A DNA stretch of 63,828 nucleotides, counting the filler, from a bacterium (GTDB taxonomy: Bacteria > UBP15 > UBA6099 > JAJRTR01): assembly GCA_024278215.1 (NCBI GenBank). It is 3 parts of 3 records of this genome, joined end to end, with 100 filler letters (N's around TTAATTAATTAA, not from the genome) between each part and the next. Parts side by side here need not be neighbours in the genome. Positions count along the whole stretch, not along the records: positions 19,220 to 49,043 come from JAJRTR010000045.1; 2 more parts are not named here. One strand, 5' to 3'. Both the position numbers and the translations under genes were made by a program. The notes under the pieces were generated by a model. It was given only the letters and a program-made list of their open reading frames with translations, ran no database searches and had not been told where the DNA came from. Below are positions 19,885-30,268 of the stretch, piece by piece (position 1 is the stretch's first letter; the number at the start of each line of letters is the position of its first letter).

Positions 19885-22119
19885 ATGGAAATGGGAAGTT
19901 CCAATAAAGCAAATCAGAAGATGTCGAACGCGCGCGACATATCAACGGTGAGCGGTGATCTGATAGAAGAACTCGAGGGTACCGTCGAACGTGTCATTTT
20001 TCATAATCCCGAAAACGGATATATGGTAATACGATTCACGCCGGTGCAGGGCGGCGAAGCTATGCTCGTAGGCAATTTTCTGAATGTAGGCGAAGGCCTT
20101 ATGCTGACGGTGCGCGGCAAATGGTCGGTGCATCCGCGATTCGGACGCCAGTTCAAAGTCTCGGAATATGAAGCGAACCTGCCCCGTTCTGAAATCGGTA
20201 TGCGCAAATATATGGAACATTTCATCAAAGGCATCGGTCCTGTTATGGCAAAGAAAATTGTCAAACACTTTGGTGAGGAAACCGCCGATGTCATCGAAAG
20301 ACAACCCGAAAGGCTGCGGGAGGTGCCCGGCATCGGGCGAGGCAAGTATGAAACGATTCGCGCGTCATGGGAAGAACACCGCAAACTCAAATCCGTAATG
20401 ATGTTCCTCCAGTCTCACGGTATAGGACCCGGCACAGCGATGAAAATATTCAACACCTACGGTGACGCTTCCGTGAAGGTGTTGAAGGACAACCCTTATA
20501 TACTTGCCTCGGAGGTATACGGCATCGGTTTTCGGATCGCCGACCGGATCGCGATGAGTCTCGGCATGGAAAAGGATTCGCCGATGCGCATCGAGGCAGG
20601 TCTGAAATACACTCTCGAAACCGCTTCCAACGACGGTCACGTATATCTCCCTCGACTGGAACTTATCGAAAAAGCATCGGAGATTCTCGAGTGCGACATC
20701 GGACAGGCCGAGCAGTCTCTCTCGATACTTCTCGACAGAGACTCTGCAATAATCGAAGAAGATCATCGCATCTATTCCTCCCGTTTTCATTACGCCGAAT
20801 GCAAGATAGCCGAGCGCCTGACCTGGATCATCAGGAGCGACAAATCTTCTTTCGGGCTTTCATACAAAGAAGAGGACATACGTAATATTGAAAAGCAACT
20901 CGGGTTCCCACTTACAGAAAAACAGAGAAGCGTCATTGATGTGCTGGCGAATAATAACGTTGTAATTCTCACGGGAGGGCCTGGCACTGGGAAAACATTT
21001 TCCACTCGCGCCGTAATAAATCTTTTCCATCAGAATGGTTTCAGTATATTGCTGGCAGCCCCAACGGGGCGGGCCGCGAAACGTATGACAGAGGCTACCG
21101 GCTGGCCTTCGCGCACCATTCACCGCCTGCTCGAATATCAGCCTGTCGATAAGAACTTTTTTCGCAACAAAGATCATCCGCTCGAATGCGACCTGCTGGT
21201 TCTTGACGAAACAAGCATGATAGATGTGCTGCTCATGTACCACGTAATAAATGCGTGCAGAGAAGGGATGAAAATACTTTTTGTAGGCGATATAGACCAG
21301 CTACCATCGGTGGGGCCCGGCAATGTGCTGGGGGACCTGATCTCTTCCGGCTGCATCTCTACAGTGCGGCTCGATGTGGTATTCAGACAGGAGGCTCAGA
21401 GTTCGATCATCTGTAATGCACATCTCATCAACCAGGGCAAAATGCCTGTTATGGCGAAGGACAGGCGTGGTAATTTCTTCTTCTCGAATAAAGAAAATCC
21501 GCAGGAAGCTCTCGAATCAATTGTTCGGATATGTACCGAGCGCATACCCAAACAGTTCCAACTCGACCCCCAGACGGACATCCAGGTAATAACACCTATG
21601 TATAGAGGTCCGATCGGTGTCGACAATCTCAACAAGGTGCTTCGCGACAGGATCAACCCCGGTGTGGATGTCAAGTGCGGATCGAAGATGTTTCGCGTCG
21701 GTGACAGGGTGATGCAGATAAAAAACAACTACGACAAGGAGGTGTTCAACGGCGATGTCGGTTTCATACGAAACATCTATCTTGAAGGCGGCCAGTTGAG
21801 CATCGAGTTCTCCGATCACAGGGTCAAATACCAGTTTGCCGAACTCGATCAACTTGTGCTGGCTTATGCTATCACTGTCCACAAGAGCCAGGGCAGCGAA
21901 TACAAGGCAGTGGTAATGCCGGTCAGCACACAACATTATATTATGCTACAGCGCAACCTGCTTTACACCGGCATCACACGCGCCGAAAAACTCGTTGTTC
22001 TCGTCGGTACAAAGAAAGCAATTGCAATCGCCGTCAAAAATAATAAAATTGAAGAAAGATACACGTCACTTGCCGAAAGAATCGAAGCGGAGATGAACAA
22101 AAAGTCGCTTTTTAAATAG
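19885..22119 (+). CDS. recD2: ATP-dependent RecD-like DNA helicase
   Basis: GIGPVMAKKIV HhH, GGPGTGKT, APTGRAAKR, DETSM, YAITVHKSQGSE; start uncertain. Confidence 0.95.
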   Translation: MEMGSSNKANQKMSNARDISTVSGDLIEELEGTVERVIFHNPENGYMVIRFTPVQGGEAMLVGNFLNVGEGLMLTVRGKWSVHPRFGRQFKVSEYEANLPRSEIGMRKYMEHFIKGIGPVMAKKIVKHFGEETADVIERQPERLREVPGIGRGKYETIRASWEEHRKLKSVMMFLQSHGIGPGTAMKIFNTYGDASVKVLKDNPYILASEVYGIGFRIADRIAMSLGMEKDSPMRIEAGLKYTLETASNDGHVYLPRLELIEKASEILECDIGQAEQSLSILLDRDSAIIEEDHRIYSSRFHYAECKIAERLTWIIRSDKSSFGLSYKEEDIRNIEKQLGFPLTEKQRSVIDVLANNNVVILTGGPGTGKTFSTRAVINLFHQNGFSILLAAPTGRAAKRMTEATGWPSRTIHRLLEYQPVDKNFFRNKDHPLECDLLVLDETSMIDVLLMYHVINACREGMKILFVGDIDQLPSVGPGNVLGDLISSGCISTVRLDVVFRQEAQSSIICNAHLINQGKMPVMAKDRRGNFFFSNKENPQEALESIVRICTERIPKQFQLDPQTDIQVITPMYRGPIGVDNLNKVLRDRINPGVDVKCGSKMFRVGDRVMQIKNNYDKEVFNGDVGFIRNIYLEGGQLSIEFSDHRVKYQFAELDQLVLAYAITVHKSQGSEYKAVVMPVSTQHYIMLQRNLLYTGITRAEKLVVLVGTKKAIAIAVKNNKIEERYTSLAERIEAEMNKKSLFK

Positions 22120-22137
22120 TGTTCCGGGAGGAAACCG

Positions 22138-22299
22138 ATGCTGGATGAAAAACTGTTGGAGATACTCGCCTGCCCCGTCTGTAAGGGTGAACTCGAATAC
22201 GATGAAACCAACGAAAAGCTTATCTGTTCGTGCGGGCTGAAGTACCCTGTGAGGGACGGTATACCGATCATGCTCGAGAGCGAGGCAGAGCGGGACTGA
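22138..22299 (+). CDS. Trm112/YcaR family protein (53 aa, not in the ORF track)
   Basis: [19 protein letters not shown]...[20 protein letters not shown]. Confidence 0.92.
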   Translation: MLDEKLLEILACPVCKGELEYDETNEKLICSCGLKYPVRDGIPIMLESEAERD

Positions 22300-22383
22300 C
22301 ACAACAAGCGCACTGCTTTTTTTCGCAATAATGCTCATTCACTAACGAAATGACCTGTTTGCCCGGCGGCATAATATTTGACT

Positions 22384-23367
22384 ATGAAAAAAACAAAACT
22401 TGTAAAAATCATCAAGGGAATGGCCGGCAGGAAAGTACTCGTGCTCGGCGACCTGCTGGTCGATGAATACATCTTCGGCGAGACCTCTCGCATATCACGG
22501 GAAGCGCCCGTGTTGATCCTGAAATTCAGGGAACGGCGCGCGGGTTGCGGCGGCGCTGCCAATGCTGTCGCAAACATACGGGCCCTAGGCGGCGTTCCTG
22601 TTCCCGTCGGCTGCATCGGCGACGACGAAAACGGTCATTCTCTACTCGACATGTTCGAGGCGGACGGCATCCCCACCGGCGGCATTATCGTCGGCGACAA
22701 TTACCAGACGACAAGTAAAACAAGAATAATGGCGGGCGGTATGCACACTATGCGACAGCAGGTGATACGCATCGACCGCGAGCACGCCGCCGAGTTCGAC
22801 CCGACCCCGATCATAAACAATGCAAAAAAAGTTCTGGCCGACGGCGTCTGCGGATTCCTTGTGTCGGACTACGGCTGCGGCGTTCTTTCCGACAGGGTAA
22901 TAAAATTCGTAAACAGAACCGCCGGGAACGGCGCGGCAAGAGTTGCAATCGATTCGCGCTACAGGTTGAAATCATACAGAAACGCTACACTACTCGCTCC
23001 GAACGAAGAAGAAGCGGAAATTGGTGAAGGCACCCACGCGGACGACCTGCGTAAAATCGAAGTGATATGTGAGGGGCTTCGCAGAAAGCTCAAAAGCCGC
23101 GCACTGCTCGTCACGCGCGGCAGCGAGGGGCTTTCTCTTTTCGAAGAAGGCAAAAATACTTATCATGTGCCGGTGTACGGCAGCAGGACACCAGTGGACA
23201 CAAACGGAGCGGGCGACACAGTCGTTGCAACCGCACTGCTCGCACTCTGTGCAGGCGCGTCGTTCAGAGAGGCTGCCTGGCTCGCAAACAGGAGCGGCGG
23301 ACTCGTTGTGATGAAAACAGGAGCGGCGACAATCTCTCAGGAAGAACTCAAAGGTACACTCGAATGA
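22384..23367 (+). CDS. rfaE1: D-glycero-beta-D-manno-heptose-7-phosphate kinase (PfkB family)
   Basis: VLGDLLVDEY, RISREAPV, GGAANAVANI, DTNGAGDTV. Confidence 0.9.
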   Translation: MKKTKLVKIIKGMAGRKVLVLGDLLVDEYIFGETSRISREAPVLILKFRERRAGCGGAANAVANIRALGGVPVPVGCIGDDENGHSLLDMFEADGIPTGGIIVGDNYQTTSKTRIMAGGMHTMRQQVIRIDREHAAEFDPTPIINNAKKVLADGVCGFLVSDYGCGVLSDRVIKFVNRTAGNGAARVAIDSRYRLKSYRNATLLAPNEEEAEIGEGTHADDLRKIEVICEGLRRKLKSRALLVTRGSEGLSLFEEGKNTYHVPVYGSRTPVDTNGAGDTVVATALLALCAGASFREAAWLANRSGGLVVMKTGAATISQEELKGTLE

Positions 23368-23861
23368 GCATTACCGACTTCAGAGAAAAGATAAAGACAA
23401 TCGACGAACTGATCGGAATTGTCGAGGCGGCAAGAGCGGCGGGAAAGACCATCGCGTTTGCCAACGGATGTTTCGATCTTGTTCATGTCGGACATATCAG
23501 ATATCTTGAAGATGCCGCCTCGGCAGCCGACCTGCTTATTGTCGGGCTGAATAGTGATGCGGGTGTCAAACAACTAAAAGGACAAAACCGACCTTATGTC
23601 GAGGAATATGGCCGAATGATGATGGTCGCGTCGATTGAGGCTGTGGATTATATTGTGCTTTTCGACGATCTGCGCGTCGACAATCTCCTTCTGACACTGA
23701 AACCGGATTTCCACGCGAAAGGCACAGACTACACAGAGGAAACAGTGCCGGAGAAAGATGTAGTTGCTTCATACGGTGGAAAAGTCATCATCACCGGGGA
23801 CCCCAAAGACCATTCCTCCACCAATGTTATCAGCCTTATAAAAGAAAAAATGAAGTTGTGA
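23364..23861 (+). CDS. rfaE2: D-glycero-beta-D-manno-heptose-1-phosphate adenylyltransferase
   Basis: NGCFDLVHVGH, VGLNSD, KGTDY; ATGA overlap with the kinase gene. Confidence 0.9.
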   Translation: MSITDFREKIKTIDELIGIVEAARAAGKTIAFANGCFDLVHVGHIRYLEDAASAADLLIVGLNSDAGVKQLKGQNRPYVEEYGRMMMVASIEAVDYIVLFDDLRVDNLLLTLKPDFHAKGTDYTEETVPEKDVVASYGGKVIITGDPKDHSSTNVISLIKEKMKL

Positions 23862-23950
23862 CATAGATGTTTTTTCGGGTGTGCGCATGTTCCGATTCCG
23901 GCCCACACAGGTGAAATATACCGGATAACAATTCCCGTGGTAAATCAACT

Positions 23951-25249
23951 TCAGGCCGTTTCCTTGCGGTCCTCTTCATTTTGCTGATCCTGTTCCGAGT
24001 TGTCTTCTTCGTCGATAAAGGAAAGAAGCGATATTTCCTCGCCCTGTTCGACATGACACTCGTCGATGATGCACTTTTGAACACCTTTGCGCGAAGGAAT
24101 CTCGTACATAAGATCAAGCATGAGGGTTTCGAGTATAGAGCGCAGACCGCGTGCGCCCGTTTTGCGCTTCATGGCGCGGCGCGAGACGGCTTTGAGGGCA
24201 TCCTGCGTGAAGTTGAGTTCCACACCGTCGAGCTGGAACATCTTTTTATACTGTTTGACAAGCGAGTTTTTAGGTTCGAGCAGAATACGCACTAGGGCGT
24301 TTTCGTCAAGCGGGTTAAGCGTGGCGACGACAGGCATTCTGCCGATCAGTTCCGGAATCAGCCCATAGTGGAGCAGGTCTTCTGGCAGAGTTTTCTTGAG
24401 AAGATCGCCGATATCCTTCGTTTTTGAATCCTTCTTTTCCGCTCTGAAACCCATAATCTGGTGTCCGATGCGTTTGCTTATAACATCGGTGAGGCCGTCG
24501 AAAGCGCCTCCGCATATAAAAAGAATATCGGATGTATCGATCTGAATGAAATCCTGGTTTGGATGTTTACGCCCGCCCTGCGGCGGCACATTTGCCGTGG
24601 TGCCCTCGATGATCTTAAGGAGAGCCTGCTGCACGCCTTCGCCGGAGACGTCTCTTGTGATTGACGGATTGTCGGTTTTGCGTGCGATCTTGTCTATCTC
24701 GTCGATATAGACAATTCCGCGGCTCGCTTTTTTCACATCGTAGTCTGCCGCCTGTATGAGCCGGAGCAGAATGTTTTCTACGTCTTCTCCGACATAGCCC
24801 GCTTCGGTCAATGACGTGGCATCTGCTATCGCGAATGGGACGTCGAGCATCCTGGCAAGTGTCTGTGCCAGAAGTGTTTTTCCGACTCCGGTAGGGCCGA
24901 TGAGCAGGATGTTGCTTTTCTGCAACTCGACATCTTCCGCCGCATCGGCTGCGTTGATTCGCTTATAGTGGTTATATACAGCGACCGACAGGATTCTTTT
25001 CGCGAAGTCCTGGCTGATGACATACTGATTGAGAAACTCGTTTATCTCGACAGGTTTTGGAATCGACTGAAAATCCACATCGATCTCAGCGGGTTTGTAC
25101 AGTTCTTCTTCGATTATCTCGTTGCACAGATCAATACATTCTTCGCAGATATAGACTCCCGGGCCCGCAACGAGCTTCTTGACCTGGTCCTGGCTCTTGC
25201 CGCAGAACGAGCATCGCAGTTTGCCCTTGTCGTCTGTGAATTTAAACAT
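23951..25249 (-). CDS. clpX: ATP-dependent Clp protease ATP-binding subunit ClpX
   Basis: CSFCGK zinc finger, [26 protein letters not shown] loop. Confidence 0.98.
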   Translation of the reverse strand: MFKFTDDKGKLRCSFCGKSQDQVKKLVAGPGVYICEECIDLCNEIIEEELYKPAEIDVDFQSIPKPVEINEFLNQYVISQDFAKRILSVAVYNHYKRINAADAAEDVELQKSNILLIGPTGVGKTLLAQTLARMLDVPFAIADATSLTEAGYVGEDVENILLRLIQAADYDVKKASRGIVYIDEIDKIARKTDNPSITRDVSGEGVQQALLKIIEGTTANVPPQGGRKHPNQDFIQIDTSDILFICGGAFDGLTDVISKRIGHQIMGFRAEKKDSKTKDIGDLLKKTLPEDLLHYGLIPELIGRMPVVATLNPLDENALVRILLEPKNSLVKQYKKMFQLDGVELNFTQDALKAVSRRAMKRKTGARGLRSILETLMLDLMYEIPSRKGVQKCIIDECHVEQGEEISLLSFIDEEDNSEQDQQNEEDRKETA

Positions 25250-25608
25250 AAATCCTCCGTCCGATCTTTCCTTCTATTGCCGGATATACGGCTCACTATT
25301 CCGGCGACTTAACTTCTCAAGCTGAATAATGCAACCCTGTTAATTAACTTCCGAATTCGGATGAAAAAATTTCGTCCGACGATTCAGCCTGTAAATTTCA
25401 CAAAAGCCGCCTTGTTCTATTACAAAGCGTCAGTGATGAATTTTCAAGTAAAGTACTGAACCGCCATGTTATACATGAACATCCATTACAGGCAGAAAAC
25501 TCCCCGGCTCCGCTCGGAATGACACCCTCCAGAAATGCAGGTTTTGCCGTACTGAACGAAGCGAAGTATCTCGATTATTCAAAAACGCACAAGTTCGGTT
25601 AAATAAAA

Positions 25609-26202
25609 CTAACGACCCTCTGGTTTCAGCACTTCATCAATTATACCGTATTCTTTTGCCTCATCGGGAGACATGAAAAAATCCCTGTCGGAGTCCTTCG
25701 ATATTTTGTCGAAGTCCTGTCCGCTGTGTTTCGCGATTATCTTGTATAGTCGTTCGCGGATACTGAGAATCTCGCGGGCATGGATGTCGATATCCGAGGC
25801 CTGCCCCTGGAAACCACCCATCGGCTGATGGATGAGAATGCGGGAGTTCGGCAGGGCGAATCTCTTATCTTTCGCACCGGCGCAGAGTAGTACCGCACCC
25901 ATGCTGGACGCCTGTCCCACGCAGATTGTCGACACGTCGGGCTTTATGATCTGCATAGCGTCATAAATCGCAAGTCCTGCTGTCACACTGCCGCCGGGTG
26001 AATTGATATATACATCGATATCCTTGCCGGTATCTTCCTTTTCGAGGAAAAGAAGCTGTGCTATAACTATGTTGGCTACATCATCGTTTATTGCCGATCC
26101 TATAAAAACAATTCGATCTTTCAGCAATCGTGAATAAATGTCATAAGCTCTTTCGCCGTGGGTACTCTTCTCCACAACCATGGGAATAAGGGTCATTGTC
26201 AT
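25609..26202 (-). CDS. clpP: Clp protease proteolytic subunit
   Basis: [27 protein letters not shown]. Confidence 0.98.
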   Translation of the reverse strand: MTMTLIPMVVEKSTHGERAYDIYSRLLKDRIVFIGSAINDDVANIVIAQLLFLEKEDTGKDIDVYINSPGGSVTAGLAIYDAMQIIKPDVSTICVGQASSMGAVLLCAGAKDKRFALPNSRILIHQPMGGFQGQASDIDIHAREILSIRERLYKIIAKHSGQDFDKISKDSDRDFFMSPDEAKEYGIIDEVLKPEGR

Positions 26203-26394
26203 TCTGCTCCTATCGTATAATCATTGTGCGTGATTGCCGCACTGTAACTTATAGTATAATGATTCAGCAATAACAATGTTTGGTTTGCTGAAAAATACCG
26301 GGGATTCTGGATATTTCCTGTACTCGTTCGTGTTTCCACATCGGTTTGATTCATTTTGCGGCATCGGAAAACTATCGAGTAATAACTGCGGTTT

Positions 26395-27828
26395 TTATTC
26401 GGTTTCTTCTTCTGTGCCGTCTCCGGTTTCACATTCGACCGGAGCATCTTCGGAAGCTGTCTCTTCGACAGGCGCTTCTTCAGCAGGTGTTTCTGTCGCC
26501 GGTTCTGCTTCCTCGCCTTTAAACATAATGTTGTTTCTCAGGAGCGTCATAACTTTGGTGTCCCTGATCCGCTGGCGTATGGAGAAAAGGAATTCTTCGT
26601 CCTTCATGAGCTTCTTTATATCTGATGTCCTGAGCTTGTTTTCCATCGCATATCGCTGTAAGGTCATCTCCATGTCATGGGGCAGAATCTTCAGATTCTC
26701 ATTCGAGAATATACGGTTGAAGACAAGCCTGCGCTTAACGGTCATCGTAATGTCGGGCTTTTCCTGCTCCCTCATATCTTCCTCGGTAATGCCCTGGGCT
26801 ATGCAGTAGTTCTCCAATGTGTTTCCCTGTTGCTCGATGATCGATCTTATATATTTGAATCTTTTTTCCATCTCTTCATCGATCAGTTTCTGCGGAATCC
26901 GGATGTCTGTGCCGTTTACCACATGCTCGACGATATGACGCACTAATTCCTTGTCTCGAATTTCTCGTTTCTGCTGAAAGAGACTGTTCTTTATCTGTTC
27001 CCTGAACTTTTCCTCATCCTTCGGCAAGTTGTCTGCGCCGATTTTCTCGACAAGCGCCTCATACGATTCCGGCGGCGATGGCTTCATAATGCTTCTGAGC
27101 GATATATTTATGGAGGCTTTCTTGTTTGCGAGTTCTTCGTTCGGGTAATTGTCAGGATATGTAATATCGAAGGTTTTGTTCTCCGACGGTTTCATGCCGA
27201 GTATATTATTTTCGATTTCCGGCAGGATTTCATCCGCGCCGAGATGAAACTCCACACCTTCCTTTTTATCATAAGTTTCGGCGTCATCTTCCTCGCCGGA
27301 TTTGATTTCGTAGTCGACAGTGACCTTGTCGGATTCCTGCGCGCCCCTGTCCTCGATGACCGGAACATAATCCGAAGCCTGCTTCAGCGATTCATTATAC
27401 GCTTCTTCAATTTCGTCCTCTGATATTTCTATATCTTTTTCCACATCCGTCTTGATAATGCTGTAGTCGACAACATCGAAGTCGGGCAGGATATTGAGCT
27501 TCACTTTGACTTCGAGGGGTTTCTTCTCTTCGAGAGTGGGCCATGGGTCGAATTCGGGCTGGCCGATAGGAATGATAGCTTCTTTTTCGATAGCTGCATT
27601 GTATGCTCCCGGAAGCAATTCATCGAGTGCCTGATACGCAATAGCTTCTTCGCCGAACATCTTCTTTATGACTTCGCGCGGCACTTTGCCCTTGCGGAAC
27701 CCAGGGATTGACTGCTTGCTGGATATCTTCTGGTATATTTTGTTGAAACTCTTCGCTACTTCCTCCTCCGGGACAGTGAAGGTCAACTCCAGATTTTCTT
27801 CGTCGATTCTGTTTACACTTGTTTCCAT
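26395..27828 (-). CDS. tig: Trigger factor
   Basis: IPGFRKGKVP ribosome-binding motif, FKBP-like domain; tig-clpP-clpX order. Confidence 0.95.
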   Translation of the reverse strand: METSVNRIDEENLELTFTVPEEEVAKSFNKIYQKISSKQSIPGFRKGKVPREVIKKMFGEEAIAYQALDELLPGAYNAAIEKEAIIPIGQPEFDPWPTLEEKKPLEVKVKLNILPDFDVVDYSIIKTDVEKDIEISEDEIEEAYNESLKQASDYVPVIEDRGAQESDKVTVDYEIKSGEEDDAETYDKKEGVEFHLGADEILPEIENNILGMKPSENKTFDITYPDNYPNEELANKKASINISLRSIMKPSPPESYEALVEKIGADNLPKDEEKFREQIKNSLFQQKREIRDKELVRHIVEHVVNGTDIRIPQKLIDEEMEKRFKYIRSIIEQQGNTLENYCIAQGITEEDMREQEKPDITMTVKRRLVFNRIFSNENLKILPHDMEMTLQRYAMENKLRTSDIKKLMKDEEFLFSIRQRIRDTKVMTLLRNNIMFKGEEAEPATETPAEEAPVEETASEDAPVECETGDGTEEETE

Positions 27829-27866
27829 GACTTATTCTTCCTCAAAAGTGACATAAAAAAATAAAG

Positions 27867-27938
27867 AGCGGGAAACGGGATTTGAACCCGCGACCCCTGC
27901 CTTGGCAAGGCAGTGCTCTACCACTGAGCTATTCCCGC
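27867..27938 (-). tRNA. tRNA-Gly(GCC)
   Basis: GCGGGAATAGCTCAGTGGTAGAGC..CTGCC TTGCCAA GGCAG..GGTTCAAATCC; CCA not encoded. Confidence 0.96.
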
Positions 27939-27989
27939 ATTTTCGGCTTTTGTTTTTGTTTTAATTCTGTACGCCTCTTCTCGCGCCGA

Positions 27990-28073
27990 TGGGCGAGGAG
28001 AGACTTGAACTCTCACGGGATGTGTCCCACCAGAACCTAAATCTGGCGCGTCTACCAGTTCCGCCACTCACCC
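27990..28073 (-). tRNA. tRNA-Leu(TAG)
   Basis: GGGTGAGTGGCGGAACTGGTAGACGCG CCAGA TTTAGGT TCTGG, long variable arm, GTTCAAG. Confidence 0.96.
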
Positions 28074-28084
28074 GCTTGCATCTA

Positions 28085-28157
28085 TGGGTCGTACAGGGAT
28101 CGAACCTGTGACCTTGGGATTAAGAGTCCCCTGCTCTACCAGCTGAGCTAACGACCC
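28085..28157 (-). tRNA. tRNA-Lys(CTT)
   Basis: GGGTCGTTAGCTCAGCTGGTAGAGC..GGGA CTCTTAA TCCC..GGTTCGATCC. Confidence 0.95.
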
Positions 28158-28443
28158 GGACCGCCCTGTGAGCCGATTTTATACTAATCTTACAATCGGC
28201 TCCTGAATAATTCGCATATTATAAAATACGAATTTTTTGTAAAAAATCAATATCAATCGAAAAGTTTTCTTTCTTTCCGGATCGTTCCGTTTTTTTTCGT
28301 TCGATTCTCCCTTCGAAATATCTTCCGAAAAAATCAATAAAGGATATATTACATTACATAAACTGAAACGGCAAGGTTATTGATTGTATTTTTAGGTGAA
28401 TATATGCTGTGACAACTTTTTCGCCGGCCCTCGACTTGATTCA

Positions 28444-28722
28444 TTATCCATCTTTTATCATATCTTTGAGAGTTTTGCTCGGCCTGAATCCCGGCACTCT
28501 GGTTGCCCCGATGTTTATCCTCTCACCGGTTTTTGGGTTTATCCCTTTTCGTGGCGCGCGATGTTTCACTTTAAAAGCTCCGAACCCGCCAATATTCACA
28601 TCTTCATCATTTTTCAGGCATTCCTTGATTATTCCGAATACCGATTCCACAGCCGTTGTCGCTTCTCTTTTCGAGATGTCCAGCTTTTCCGACAATTCCT
28701 CAATGAGCTTGATCTTGTTCAT
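28444..28722 (-). CDS. hup: HU family DNA-binding protein
   Basis: MNK..LI, IGGFGAF, RKGINPKTGE, PGFRPSKTLKD. Confidence 0.95.
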   Translation of the reverse strand: MNKIKLIEELSEKLDISKREATTAVESVFGIIKECLKNDEDVNIGGFGAFKVKHRAPRKGINPKTGERINIGATRVPGFRPSKTLKDMIKDG

Positions 28723-28938
28723 ATTTCACCACCTTACTTGTGATGTGTATGTATCTTTCCCATAAACGAGATTTTGCGCTATTATATCCGATATTATTTT
28801 TGCGCACAAGTACTATTTTAAAATAACTGTTTTGATTTTTCCCTTTAAGCATCATGGTTTTTCGCATAAGTGTGGGGTATCACAGATAGTTGAATTCATG
28901 GCGCGGTTTATGGTATTTAAGACATCGGAGTCGCTTGC

Positions 28939-28967
28939 AAAAAAAAAGCCACCTGCTTCTGGTGGCT
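28939..28967 (-). terminator. Rho-independent terminator
   Basis: Minus strand AGCCACC-agaagca-GGTGGCT followed by a T run. Confidence 0.85.
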
Positions 28968-29013
28968 CTTATCAGGAGGAGTTGCTGTGGCTAACAGCAA
29001 CCATGTCAATCAT
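28939..29013 (-). ncRNA. Candidate ~75-nt sigma-28-dependent sRNA
   Basis: Own sigma-28-like promoter, GTTGCTGT/ACAGCAAC hairpin, unpaired TCCTCCT, intrinsic terminator. Confidence 0.55.
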
Positions 29014-29018
29014 TATTT

Positions 29019-29045
29019 ATATCGGATGTTTCTTCTGTCAACTTA
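29019..29045 (-). promoter_or_regulatory. Sigma-28 (FliA/SigD)-type promoter
   Basis: TAAG-N15-TCCGATAT. Confidence 0.6.
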
Positions 29046-29063
29046 ATAGTTGTTAGAAAATAA

Positions 29064-29249
29064 TTATGCATACACATCCACAGTGTTTCCCACGTTGCTT
29101 AAATTGGCGAGCGGGTGGGCCTGTACAGCAACCGCCTGATTCACAACGTCCAACAACTGCAACAGTGCTTTTCCCTGTGTCAGACGCGACCTTTCGATCA
29201 TCATGTCCGTATAATTCATCCCTGATGCTGACATCGATACCGGATCCAT
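29064..29249 (-). CDS. YjfB-like small putative motility protein (61 aa)
   Basis: ALLQLL...VGNTVDVYA* C-terminus; GAGGG RBS; sigma-28 promoter upstream. Confidence 0.7.
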   Translation of the reverse strand: MDPVSMSASGMNYTDMMIERSRLTQGKALLQLLDVVNQAVAVQAHPLANLSNVGNTVDVYA

Positions 29250-29329
29250 CCGGATCACCCTCTTTCTACGGTTAAAATGTTCTCGACCGTCCCTGGCCGT
29301 TTTTAACTTGACATCAATATCCATTATCT

Positions 29330-29357
29330 ATATCGGCATTATCTTTAATTTTCTTTA
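29330..29357 (-). promoter_or_regulatory. Sigma-28 (FliA/SigD)-type promoter
   Basis: TAAA-N16-GCCGATAT, matching the consensus. Confidence 0.75.
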
Positions 29358-29421
29358 GAGCCAATTGCAAAATTCTGATCCTGCTGCGTCCGGCTGAAAT
29401 CGTCTATAGTTGCGTTGTCGC
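29358..29421 (-). mobile_element. Truncated, degenerate MITE copy
   Basis: GAGCCAATTGCAAAATTCTGATCCTGCTGCG...ATAGTTGCGTTGTCG matches the first ~62 bp of 31341-31518. Confidence 0.75.
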
Positions 29422-29513
29422 ATCGATCATTATCATGCAATTTACTTTTTAACCAGCCGTATCTGGATAATATGGATGGATTATATAGAATATATTGTGA
29501 AAGTGGGGAATAG

Positions 29514-30158
29514 ATGATCGTAGATATGCATGTACACACGCTGGTTTCTTCGCCGTGCAGTGTTATCGATCCTGTCGAGTGCATAGAGCGCGCTATCGAA
29601 CTGGGGCTTGACGGTATTTGCATCACCGAACACGACACGCATGAAGGTGCCGGGGTGGTGAAGGAAATTGCAGCGGGTTTCCCGGAAATAGTGGTATTTG
29701 CCGGAATGGAAGTGATGAGCAGGGAAGGGCACCTGCTTGTATATGGCTACGGTAAGGATATCGGCGGGGTGCCGCAGGCTGCGGAAATAGTGGATATGGT
29801 TTCGTCGAACGGAGGGATAGTAGTGCCGGCGCATCCGTGGCGGCAGCCGTTCGGGTGGTACAGCGGTGTGCCGGGAACCCCAATCGAGGACACGGCATTC
29901 CCGAAATTGTTTTCAGTGATCGAAAAATATAATGGCCTCCAGACAATAAGGCAGAACGCGAGGGGCAAGGAATATTGTGACATGATGGAGATAAGCGGCA
30001 TCGGCGGCAGTGATGCGCACCGGCTCGACTGCCTTGGTGTGGCTGTTACTGAGTTCGAGGATAATCCCGCCGATGAGCGTGAGCTTGCAGAAACCATAAA
30101 ATCCGGCAGGTACGAGGCGAAGCTCACAGATAGATACTTCGAAATGCACGAAGAATAA
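29514..30158 (+). CDS. PHP-domain metal-dependent phosphoesterase
   Basis: DMHVHT, ITEHD, GHLL, AHP, GSDAH. Confidence 0.9.
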   Translation: MIVDMHVHTLVSSPCSVIDPVECIERAIELGLDGICITEHDTHEGAGVVKEIAAGFPEIVVFAGMEVMSREGHLLVYGYGKDIGGVPQAAEIVDMVSSNGGIVVPAHPWRQPFGWYSGVPGTPIEDTAFPKLFSVIEKYNGLQTIRQNARGKEYCDMMEISGIGGSDAHRLDCLGVAVTEFEDNPADERELAETIKSGRYEAKLTDRYFEMHEE

Positions 30159-30268
30159 ACGGAATTGAATTATGAAAAGGTTTCGATTCTCGCAATAACG
30201 AACATGGTTTTGCAATCGTTTCATTTAAAACCTTGCATATTAATGGTATAGTGTTTCGAGGAGTGCAG

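Noticed and set aside
28085-28157. G27-A43 mismatch in tRNA-Lys and lack of encoded CCA in the three tRNAs
   Set aside because: Both are common in functional bacterial tRNAs
27867-28443. tRNA-anchored prophage or integrative element
   Set aside because: No integrase and no duplicated tRNA 3' end seen
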